Shown: piece after piece, positions 50,793 through 61,314 of the stretch
Layout of the letters: every line of letters starts with the position of its first letter
How positions within the stretch are numbered: the first letter of the stretch is position 1
Position numbers and translations under genes: made by a program
From: Ophelia neglecta
Taxonomy: Eukaryota
Assembly (NCBI GenBank): GCA_965285935.1
Contig: OZ260661.1
Coordinates: 101,680,001 to 101,744,000 of the forward strand
Length of the DNA stretch: 64,000 bases
Direction of reading: 5' to 3'
The notes under the pieces: generated by a model
Told to the model about the DNA's origin: nothing
What the model saw: only the letters and a program-made list of their open reading frames with translations
The model's database searches: none

Positions 50793-53414
50793 TCAGACCA
50801 TGGGGTCATCACCTGGAGATTCCTCTTCTGCGTCTAGCAGATCCTCTATTTCTATGCTGCTCTTGATTTTCCTACACAGTAATTCTGAGAGAGACTCTTC
50901 CGTTTGATTGTCTGAAATGTTATGAGTATGCCCGTGTCGGTGATAATTAGGAAACGTTGAGAACAAACATTAACAAAATGCTATAGGTAGTTATTGAAAT
51001 ATTTCTAACAACAAAAACCAATGATATATTATATTATACACTTTCAGAACATACACAGACCACTCGCATTTGTTTTCTAACTGTTATGTTAGAACATATG
51101 CGTTCGGTCGTGCAATTGTTCAATAGATCTACATGTTCTATAGATTATTTATTGTGTTCTACAAAGAACATGGGTGCTCACGCCTGCAGCGAACACCTGT
51201 GATCTCTGCAGAACAGTATAGGAGACTTATAGAACAGTGTTCCGATGCGATAGATTCTATCGGTGGTCTTAATAGATGTCTGAAGTGTTCTAAATGCATT
51301 CCACGGGATGAGAATGTAACCTTATTGACAATAAATATACAAAAAGAGAAACTGGTTACGATGAAGCTCACTGGCTGAAATGTAAAACTGGATAGAAATT
51401 TAAGGAGGGAACTCCAAGCTGCTTCAATCACTTGCACCTACCATCCCATATTATCAATTCACATCTGTCCCCAAACGGCGCGTGCTTTGGATGGCGGAGA
51501 ATATACATAAGGTAGTTTCGAAAAGAAAGCATTTCCTTCTCCTTCTTTTCTTCGTCAAAGTTTGCAACCATTTCATCACACATTTCGTACAATGCCATCA
51601 TGGGGGTCGCGAACTCACACATGCAGTAGTAAACCTGTAATAAAAGAACGGTTGAAAAAAATGAAACGACATTTTATAACTGTCTGGATGTTGTTTCTGA
51701 ACATAGCAGAAGATATTCAGTGCATGTACCTTGATCATACCTCATTGTGATTGCTCGGATTGGTGATTTTTTGAACTACGTGAGCGTAGTTCCTATTTTC
51801 ATTGCCGGCCCTGTTGGCTGAGAAATCTATTTTATCGTCGAACACGATATTCTGGTCTGCTAGTTTCATCTGTTGTGGACATCGACAAGACAAGGGTAGT
51901 ATGATGAATAGTTTGGCAATCATCTTCTTTTGCTTGTGCTGAGTGTGGTAGATCGAACTTTTCACTCTTGCTTTTAGACCTGACTCAAATCAGTTAATAA
52001 ACTTACGTACAGGCATTGTCACGAAAACATTGAAATATCAACAGGTGCTTTTTACTAGTTTAAATTCGCCCCGAGCATCAAATTAAGCATTTTAATGATA
52101 AAATAATTATATCAATTGAACTTTAAAAGTTTTTTACCGGGCAAAATAAGCTTCAGGTACCCATAAAAGTAGGACCAGGCAAGGCCGACGGACGCTTTAT
52201 CACATTCGATTTGCTTATTCTTCTTTTCTTGTTCTAGAAATGATATATAAAATGGTTTAGCTTGAACTGGTGCGAACATAAAAAGGGCGGTTCTTTGAGT
52301 TATTGAGTTCAACAGAGCCATGTGTTTGATAGTACGCCCTATAGATAGGAATTTTCTAAGGTTTAATGATTTAGTTAATTTAGAAAACTACTTGAGCTAA
52401 GAAATGGGCTCTACTCAACCAGTAGCTGCTTTTAACTGTTCCCAATGTTTCTTTTCCTCTGTCTCGTCACTACTGTCGTTAAACGGTAAATACGTTTGAT
52501 GGAAGGAAAGTCTCTCTAAAAACAGGTAATCTGCGGGGATGTCTTTTTTCTCCAAATTGTAAAAGACTGGAAACAATCTGGAATTCTTGCTGTGCATACA
52601 GACATAGTCCAACCAGGAAGTCTTAAGCACTGCCCTGAAATTGAGTGAGTTCAAATGAAATCAAGTCTTTAGTGTAATTATTTAGTTAAGATTTTGATAG
52701 GTTTGGGCAGCACCTATTCAAACACTTTTTTTAGTGTTCTAGGAAGGGTAGGGCCGATTGGTAAGGGGTTTGTCATTTACTATGGCTACGGGAAGGGAGC
52801 GCCTAAACCCTTGAGGGGGGGGGGGTCAACAGATTGTGACACCCTCCTATGAGAGTAGTATAAAACAAACCACCCATTAAAGTTGATAAATTATGAAGGA
52901 AAGTACGAAATTCGTTTGCATTCGCAAAAATCTTCATTAATTTTGCTTTCATGTAACATAGTTTGAACAGGATATTCTGAGATATTCTGCAATACCAAGG
53001 CAGGGCAGAATTAAGAGCAACCCCTTCCATGTTCCAAGAGCGAGCATATTCCACAAGTCAGAACGTTAAGTTCGGTATTTGCCCCGATAGGTCTACTCGT
53101 AATTCAAATTAGGCCTATATCATGTCTATAAGCATGCGATTGCCAGATGCTCTGATATCTTTACTTTTTCACTCGATGGTAAGGAACACTACTTGGTGGC
53201 TTACTTGCCTATTAACAATGATGATCAATTTATCCTTGTTGACAACTTCTTTCTGGAACGTTTTCAGTTGGTTTGGGGTGGGAGGGAGGCCTAGTAGTGA
53301 ACTACGTTTTTCCACATTTTCAAGCTTCGACGTCACCTTCTCAGCAAATCGTTTGTCACTGTCTTGGAAGTATACAACCAGTACACTTATGAGGCTTTGT
53401 TTTTCCGCGGACAT
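50793..53414 (-). CDS. STING1: TIR-STING: stimulator of interferon genes homolog with an N-terminal TIR-like domain, ~390 aa; exons 53414-53209, 52634-52420, 52338-52138, 51979-51741, 51634-51442, 50911-50793
   Basis: STING signatures: GLAWSYFYGYLKLILP, KLFIILPLSC, NRAGNENRNY, CMCEFATPMMALYEM, CELIIWD and SLSELL. All junctions are phase-compatible (total 1173 nt), with a GC-AG first coding intron. Exons 1-2 give a TIR-like pattern (SVLVVY..DKRFAEKV..KLE / KLIIIVN..SW / LFPVFY..DIP / HWEQLKAA). An acceptor (ttttaccag) 4 nt before the ATG implies an upstream exon. Confidence 0.88.
51038..51288. mobile_element. Old diverged MITE-like inverted-repeat element in the last STING intron
   Basis: acactttcagaacat...agaccac is an imperfect inverse of gtggtct...atgtctgaagtgt. 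The motif tgttcta/tagaaca recurs internally. Confidence 0.35.
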
Positions 53415-54185
53415 TGTCCTGGTAAAATTAAGAAAACATTATTTGAGACGATTTAACTTTTAGGAGAAGCATTAAGCGTCGTAATCCTAAATCAAGCTTT
53501 ATTATTAGCAAACAATTTTGCAGCCGAAATCAGAGGGACCGCGAGCAAATATCGCTTATGATCGTCAGGGGCGTTCCCAACTTCCCACAAGGGGGGGTTC
53601 ACTTCAGCGCGACATGAAATGGACCAACACAGGTTTTTCTGGTGGTGGTTCGTAGATTTTGCGATTCGAACTATAGAACAATTTTTTTTTGACAACTCAA
53701 GTTAAGTCAGCTGACAAAGGGGGTTCGGACGAACCTCCCGACCCCCCCCCCCCCCCTAGTGACGCCCTTTATCGCCCTTTATCGTGAAACCTTATGAGGC
53801 TTTGTTTTTCCGCGGACATTGTCCTGGTAAAATTAAGAAAACATTATTTGAGACGATTTAACTTTTAGGAGAAGCATTAAGCGTCGTAATCCTAAATCAA
53901 GCTTTATTATTAGCAAACAATTTTGCAGCCGAAATCAGAGGGACCGCGAGCAAATATCGCTTATGATCGTCAGGGGCGTTCCCAACTTCCCACAAGGGGG
54001 GGTTCACTTCAGCGCGACATGAAATGGACCAACACAGGTTTTTCTGGTGGTGGTTCGTAGATTTTGCGATTCGAACTATAGAACAATTTTTTTTTGACAA
54101 CTCAAGTTAAGTCAGCTGACAAAGGGGGTTCGGACGAACCTCCCGACCCCCCCCCCCCCTAGTGACGCCCTTTATCGTGAAACCT
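53386..54185. repeat. ~400-bp near-perfect tandem direct duplication (53386-53790 / 53791-54185)
   Basis: The sequence cttatgaggctttgtttttccgcgg...cgccctttatcgtgaaac recurs at offset 405. The copies differ in a C-run length and an extra cgccctttat. This explains the twin ORFs at 53492 and 53897. Confidence 0.92.
53566..53769. mobile_element. Small MITE-like remnant (aggggcgt...acgccctt), present in both copies of the duplication
   Basis: Short imperfect inverted termini with a subterminal ggttcggacgaacc hairpin and a poly-C run. Confidence 0.4.
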
Positions 54186-55358
54186 GTATTATACAAGGAG
54201 AATTTAATAAGATATTAAACTTTTACTAAGATGCATAGGCCTATATCGAATGGCGGGAGTGCAGCAGGCTGCTGACGAATCCCCCCCCCCCCCCCCCTCA
54301 TATGGCTGAGTTTCATACATCATGCATTATAGTAGCGATACAGAAGCCCGTATTTCTGTATAAAATGAAAAAATTCCAATTTTCAGAGAAAGCGGAGATC
54401 ATACAGAATGAGTTCAAGTTCCTCTAAGTACAGGCCTTGTGTACATATTGTTTTTAATATGAAACGGCGCGCTTAACAGATATCATAAAAAGTAGTTAAA
54501 TCCCCCGAAATAACTACCAGGAAATGAAAATAAGATAATTTCGCTAACTTATGATGCAGTGATTGTACAGTGCGCTAAAATAAAGCAAGCACATTTTAAT
54601 TAATCGGGAAAATTTTGCACCGCGAAAAATTAGTGTTATTTACAATTGTCTATATGGGTTGTTAATTTATCACAGTGCATATAGTGCCAGAATCTTCGAT
54701 GTGTTTGAGGCATTATTACAATGCTTTCTTATATATATATAGCATTACATGTCTCATGTGTACTGTTAATAAAGCAACAACTGTCCCTCCAAGCCCTATA
54801 TATTTCTGTTTAGGTTTAATAACAATCTCGTTACTCTCGTTGATGCAATGGCCTGCTGTACGAAATAACAAAAGTGATTTATAAAGGAACAAATTGGCCA
54901 CATTTTGGCCTAAAAAATTACACTTCACTTTTCTCTGTATAATGCTGAAAACTGGCGATAGGTTACCACATGGCGGTATATAATGTGTCCGGTTCGCCAG
55001 TAGAGGATGGCCTACCCCTCTTAAACGTATCATAAATAACATGCCAAAAGACCATTTCTCCTATTTTCTTCGCCAAATTGTTCCTAAGATACTACTTTAC
55101 GATTCTCATTTGGAGTCTGACGCATTAGGCAAGGACTGTAGAAGGCATTGCTTAAGTTTTCCTGGAAACAGGACGGTATTATTGACGTTACATTGCAGGA
55201 TCCGCAAGATCGGGTCGGACCGAGCGTAGGCATTCTGTTAGTAGTTAATATTAATAAATTAGACCTTAGTCATTAGATATGACTCGTCTATATAATTATA
55301 TAACTAAGGCTATGTTACTACTTATTGTTATTGTACACTGTCAAGTAGGCCTTCTCAC

Positions 55359-55426
55359 CTGCTGTTTGGGAGCCTGGCAAAAAATCGATGTATGCAGCTA
55401 TGGCCGGTTATCGGTCTATATTTATA
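55359..55426 (-). promoter_or_regulatory. Candidate TATA box and short non-coding first exon for TIR-STING
   Basis: Minus-strand TATAAATA at 55426-55419, followed ~60 nt downstream by a strong donor CAG|gtgaga at 55358. There is no ATG in between. Unverified. Confidence 0.25.
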
Positions 55427-55959
55427 GTATTATCCTTGCAATTATTAGGCTAGGAACAACTATAACTGTCTTACAACTTCTAATACCCTGGATACCTTCT
55501 GCATCGGACTAAGCCAAACGGCATGAATTCGTGAATACGGAAAACATCTTCCTGGTTCGGCGGGGGTTAAACACATGCACGGCAATGAACAACCTTCACC
55601 TTTATAGCTACATGGTAGCTACATGGTGGTTATTCGCCTTCACCGCGGTGGTTTAATAGAACTGTAGGTCGACTTCAGGCCTGGGTCGACTTGTAATGAC
55701 TAGATCAGTAAGTTACATTCCTACCAACAGTAGCAAGCACCTGGCAATAGCAGGATACCTGGTATGTGGCATAGGGCAGTATGTGGGTCGTCACGGGGTG
55801 AGGGGTGTATCAGTAAAATTGCGAGGTGGTATATTATATGAAGGAGCTATAAGGAAGGTGTCACCGGTCACATTTTAGACTCTCCTAGGCCAGTAACCTT
55901 TGCATGTGTGTGTTGTTTGTTGAATTGACAGCAAGGACGAATAGAAAACAATTAAGGTT

Positions 55960-56660
55960 TATAAAGACTACCAGTCCTATTAGAAAAGTCCTATATTGTG
56001 GACTCGGAGATGGGTTTAGAAACCAAACACAATTAAAAATTGAAATTACAAGGCTGATCAGAAATACAAATTTTTCTCGGTTGCTGACCATTTTACCCAA
56101 CTTTCGAAATAAACCCTTGCTTGCCACAATGAAAACGATGTATTATTCTCTCATGCAACCCCAATTACTATATGGACTCTTCAAATTTGACACTTGCTGC
56201 GTCAAATAATAGCAATAGGTTATTTTAACTTCAAACGAACTTTTAAGGGTAATTAACGTTACAAAGTCACACTTCGAGGCTCATATTATCCCCCATTTAA
56301 ACAGTTGAATATAGGGTATTAAAACATAAAGATTTGTTTCCTTAATATGGCCTTAATATGTAAAATGAATTAACTGATAAAACTGCTCCACCTCCTCTTG
56401 CTCAAATGGTATTTTTCAATTATGCTACCCGTAGAACTAAACTTAAACTAAAAAGTAACACTAAAACTACAATACCAGAAATCACTGATTGAAACATTTG
56501 GGACCAGTGAAAACAAACTTGTGTAAACAATCATTGACCATATCTATAAACAGAGTGAAGGAGCTGGGTTTGATTAATATCTTGCCATACTCGATTAATT
56601 TTAAGGTGACAAAAATGGACTTTATTTCTAAATATGAGGTGTCTTTCAATTCCCGAGGTT
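55960..56660 (+). mobile_element. Decayed non-LTR retrotransposon (LINE) RT C-terminal fragment
   Basis: Translations LATMKTMYYSLMQPQLLYG and SHFEAH..P.FKQLN resemble the LINE ORF2 motifs TLKTLYYSLIHPHL.YG and AHT.PLFK.L. Interrupted by stops and frameshifts. Confidence 0.55.
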
Positions 56661-57082
56661 GTTACTCTTACTTTAAGTCTGGTCTAAATGGTCTCATATC
56701 ACGGTTTTGATTTCCCTAGTGGCCCGAGTGACGTTTCCTGCGCGCAGCTCGCGCCCCCACCAGTTGCGGCGAGTGGTGCGTGGGGGGGGGGGGGGGTATC
56801 GCCGCTGCTGGCGGGAAGTCTTAATTTGCATTTAGCATATTATTCCGTTTACTGAATCATACTGACGCATTAAGCTTCATATTTATGTGATAACCCACTC
56901 AATTGTCATTTGTAGCAGAATTCAAAAGGCGACCAATAATACTTTCTATCTATGCCTTAATGGCGTTTCATCTTTGCCTGTTGATTTCTGTTAACCTGCT
57001 TGCTTGCTTTCTTACGTAAACAATGTACACATAATGTAGTTATTACGTAAATATAGTGATTACGTAAAAATAAAGTGTATAC

Positions 57083-57087
<5 letters not shown>

Positions 57088-57126
<39 letters not shown>
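57088..57126. repeat. (TA)n microsatellite
   Basis: About 19 TA units. Confidence 0.9.
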
Positions 57127-57130
<4 letters not shown>

Positions 57131-57409
57131 AGAATCAATCGTGACAATATAATATTAAAATAAAACAAAACTCCAGGGTATAAGTGTGTATATATATATA
57201 TATATACTTTTTTGTCATTTACGTAATCACTTTATTACTGTTTCCTGTATTTTACTTCAAGCCAAATTTCAATCAGGGTTAACGACTTTGTTTTAACTCT
57301 AAAGTTATTAAACTGTTTTAATTATTTAACTATCTAACTTATTAAAAAGTTGTATTTTCATTAGCTTAGTATTGAAACCATTTAAACTGTTGATAAGAGT
57401 ATTCAGTTG

Positions 57410-58262
57410 TTATCTTTGCCCCCATAGGGGGGCAAAGATTATGTTTTTTGTCATGTGCGTCAGTGTGTCCGTCTGTCTGTCTGTGTGTCTGTGCATCTGT
57501 CTGCAAGATATCTCAAGAATCACTTGGCCGATTTCGATGAAATTTGGTGAGAACCTAGAATAGGACAATGGCTCGAGGCCATTAACTTTTGGTTGACCAA
57601 CTTCTAAAAATTAGGTCACACCGTGACCTTGAAAATTTCAAATGGCTATATCTCAGCTGTTTAATGACCGATTTCCGCAAAATTTGGCACGAATGAAGCC
57701 AGTGAGAAAGTCTTCTAACTAAATTATCTAATTGACCTACTCTCAAAATCAAGGTCAAACCGTGACATTGAAAATTTCAAATGGCAATATCTCAGCCGTT
57801 TACTGACCGATTTCCGCAAAATTTGGCACGAATGTAGCCAGTGAGAAAGTCTTTTAATCAAAATTATCTAATCGACCTACTTTCAAAATCAAGGTCAAAC
57901 CGTGACATTGAAAATTTTAAATGGCTATATCTCAGCTGTTTAATGACTGATTTCCACAAAATTTGGCACGGATGTAGCCAGTTAGAAAGTCTTCTGACCA
58001 AAATTATCTAATTGACCTACTTTAAAAATCAAGGTCAAACTGTGACATTGAAAATTTCAAATGGATATATCTCAGCCGTTTACTTACCGATTTTTGTAAA
58101 ATTTTGCATGCATGTAGCCAGTTAGAAGCTCTTGATCGAAATACTTTAGTCATCTAGATTATTTGCTTATTTTTGCTGATCTATATTTTGCAGAATTTTT
58201 ATTACGATTGAGAAACTATCAAAGGGCAAAGATATCGTAGCCGATAGGATACACCTTTAATT
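57410..58262 (+). mobile_element. Helentron-associated non-autonomous element (HINE/DINE-1/pearl-like) with ~4 internal 140-bp tandem repeats
   Basis: 5' subTIR atctttgccc (57412) with an adjacent inverted copy (57430), then a (GTCT)n-like microsatellite. Tandem cores start at 57631, 57770, 57910 and 58050. The 3' subTIR gggcaaagat (58224) is followed by a short hairpin tatcg-tagc-cgata. Flanks are T-rich. Confidence 0.8.
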
Positions 58263-61079
58263 TAAATTGTTTTCATCATTGAAAAAATAGTTCATTTAAA
58301 CTATTTTAAACTAACGGGTGAACCCATTGAGACATTTTAACTATTGGTTAAAATATCTCTATTGGTATTGGCCAGATAGCGCGTAGCTAATCTAGTAGTA
58401 GATTTTACTATTGACAGTGTTGCTGTCAATAATTAAACTATTGAACTATCTAAACTATTGCAAAAGGTCTTTTCCATAGTTTTAACCGTTGAAACTATTG
58501 GAACTATTAAAAGTGTTGAACCAAACTTTTCTGTGATCATTCAGCTTTTAACGTCCAGTCAATTATATAGGAAGATGCACATATCCTGTTTATTTGCCTA
58601 AGTCCGTCACTCTGAAGCATAGCACAAATATTTCTGGCAATCTCACTCAAAGAGATTTATGCATTCCCAATCTAGATGGACTGACCTAATTTTGACGAAC
58701 GACAATGCCTTGGGTATAACAGCAGAAGCTCGCTTTTGCTGCCATTGAGTTTAAAAAGTTGAAAGCCATCCATTGACGGATATCACCAATATATCTCTCC
58801 ATATCACAAAATGCTGTATAACTTGGATCGAGATAATAAATACAGACCTCTAAGCATCATCAGCATACAGATGATAATCTACTGTTTTCATTAAGCCCAT
58901 AAGAGGCAATGCTTATACTGAAAACAACAGATACACGAAAACACCCCCTTGAGTGACATGTACCAAACTGTAGATTATTGGGATATAAAAAACAAGTTCA
59001 TATACTAATATTCTGCACTCCGTCTGTCAAATTAGACTACAACTCAGTTGCAACCATTCAAACAACATCGTGTGTCGAACGCTGAGGTCGAGCAGCACTG
59101 GGAAAAAATGAAAATCTTAGGAGAGAAAAACAGGAATGGATACCTGGAGGATAAAACAATTACTTAATAAAAAATAGTCCATTACGTCGCCCCGAAATTA
59201 TTGTGAACCATCAGTCACAGGCCCACAAACATCAATACATTAAATCCCTATTTCTCCTAGGATATATGTCATGACTGTCTTACGTTGACAGCTTCTCATT
59301 GCTAGTGACATCGTAGCCACAGACTCCGCAGATCTCATAATCATGAGATGTATAAGACTGCATGCTCTAAATAATCTACCACTAGCGCTTGCCAGTCTTG
59401 TTTTCAGTACAATGAGTAGTGTCTATGACTGAGATCGCAGAACACGAGTAGGTTCGGATCTCTACATCAGCTCGACATTAACGAAAGCTTGAAATCAACT
59501 ATGTGTTTCCCTGGTAACTTGCGCAGGTCATACAGGACCGGTGTAATGTAGGCTCGTATTTTGGTATGCGTTTTACCAATCTTGCAGCGAAGTTTTGCAT
59601 TTTCAGCAACCGTTTAAGCTCTGCTGCAGAGACACCACACAGCAGAGAAATGCATTAGTCGGGACGGGATAGCATGTGTGCATATAAAAACCTCTTCGTG
59701 GTATTAGTTATCAGACTTCTTCTGTGCTTTAATATCACTCATCCCAGGCCATTTTCAGATACAGACCTGCAACCCGTGATCACGGTTATGCACAATACTT
59801 TCCAAAATGTTGTTCTAACCCTTAGGCACCGGTTCAGACGGGCGGAGAAGGGGTTAGGTAGAATATCATATGGAAAATTGGAAAACAACATTATTTACAG
59901 TGTTTTGCAATAATTTATTTTGGGCTATCATTTTGACTTCAAAAGGTGGGGCCAGAGGCGGGGGAGGGTGTCAATATTATTTTTTCTCCTAACAGTGTCA
60001 TTACCCTCCACAGATCCTAGTGACCACTGTTTCCTGGTCTGTTCCCACCCCTGTCTATTCAAATACATTTATGATTCGATGTATCCACTGTCTCCACCTA
60101 AACTGCCTGCCTGTGGCAGACTTGGGTAGTATTGGTCACATTGTTTCTCTACCCTTTAAAGACTTATTAATGTATTTAGAGGGATGACCTGTTAGATTTT
60201 TTCCAGTGAACTAATGTTGACACCATAGTTCGATGTTTTTGATTTCGTGCCATATAATGACTATAATGACTGTTTGGGGCTCTTCTTGTTCTGAGCCCTA
60301 ATGGCGGACCCGCTGGATAGGAGGGGGTGGGGGGGGGGGGGAGGTGGAGGTCAATTTCCTTTTTCTCAACATGTATCTGGCGGAAGGCGTTGATAAGTGC
60401 AGTGTATTGCAAGCACTCATTTTTCCATATGGGCTATTGTGGAAGATATATTTTAAACGTCTTTTTTATAATCATTAAACTGCTTTGACGAGTGAGTGTA
60501 GCATAGTGCAATCTGTACTTATCTTTGCTCTGAATACATGATTTGGGTTGGGAGGGTTCAATGACAATGCGAGCATCAGCAACAGCGCGCCATCGACTAG
60601 CTCTAGCTTTCCAACGCAATACATGCAGGCTAGTCACAACTAAAGTTACTACTGTGTCTGCCATGGCTCCATTTGAAGAGAAGGGTTGGTTCCATCCAAT
60701 CGATAGACTGCCATTAATAAGTAATGCCGCTGTTGAGATGTTAATTTTGTGTGCAGGGCAATAGCGTTTCACACTACACACCCGTGGGATCCTTAGCACA
60801 CATCCTCCCGTAATTCGTTTATGCAGTCGCCTAAGCAAGGAACCACAATAGAGCTCGTTCTGCTGACAGTGGGTATGCAGGAAGACTGCAATTCCTCTCG
60901 ACAATGGCTTATACTCTCCCTCAACGTGCACTACAACGGAACAGGAAATAGAGCCTGTAGTAGTAGAAGAATCAGATGAATACCGTAATGGCAGCCAAGG
61001 GCAAAGGAACGGAGCGGACGTCGGACTTTAATTCATCGTAATATCGAAGGAGACATCGGGTCCGTTTCAGCTTATAGCC

Positions 61080-61314
61080 ATGTCTCGGATTGGGTCTCCC
61101 TCTAATTATGGCACAAGCGAGTATGCCAGACGCTGGCACCAGATGAATGTCATGCGTAAATTCGACCTGGTTCTGATTCATGACAATGGCCTAGAGTATG
61201 ACGGTGCTGGTTGCTTTCCCTGTATCGCGGCATGCCGTAAACCGACCTACGAGGCCGGACAGATGATCTCAGGCTACCTCCTGGTTCGACCAACAAAGAA
61301 AATTGTTATATCAG
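61080..61314 (+). CDS. First coding exon of an arrestin domain-containing (alpha-arrestin/ARRDC-like) protein; later exons not found in the window
   Basis: gccATG start. The sequence MRKFDLVL...PTYEAGQMISGYLLVRPTKKIVIS matches the Arrestin_N beta-strand pattern (Y..G+.+SG.V.+). Strong donor TCAG|gtaaga at 61315. Confidence 0.7.

Noticed and set aside
53492-54100. Two identical 67-aa ORFs as duplicated small genes
   Set aside because: They are by-products of the tandem duplication and a MITE-like remnant, with non-ATG starts and no recognisable domain.
54520-54620. Ets/IRF-like (ggaaatgaaa) and kB-like (gggaaaattt) sites upstream of STING
   Set aside because: Short, imperfect matches that are expected by chance in AT-rich DNA.
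57600-58130. CRISPR-like array
   Set aside because: The units are contiguous 140-bp repeats with no unique spacers, in a eukaryotic context with no cas genes.
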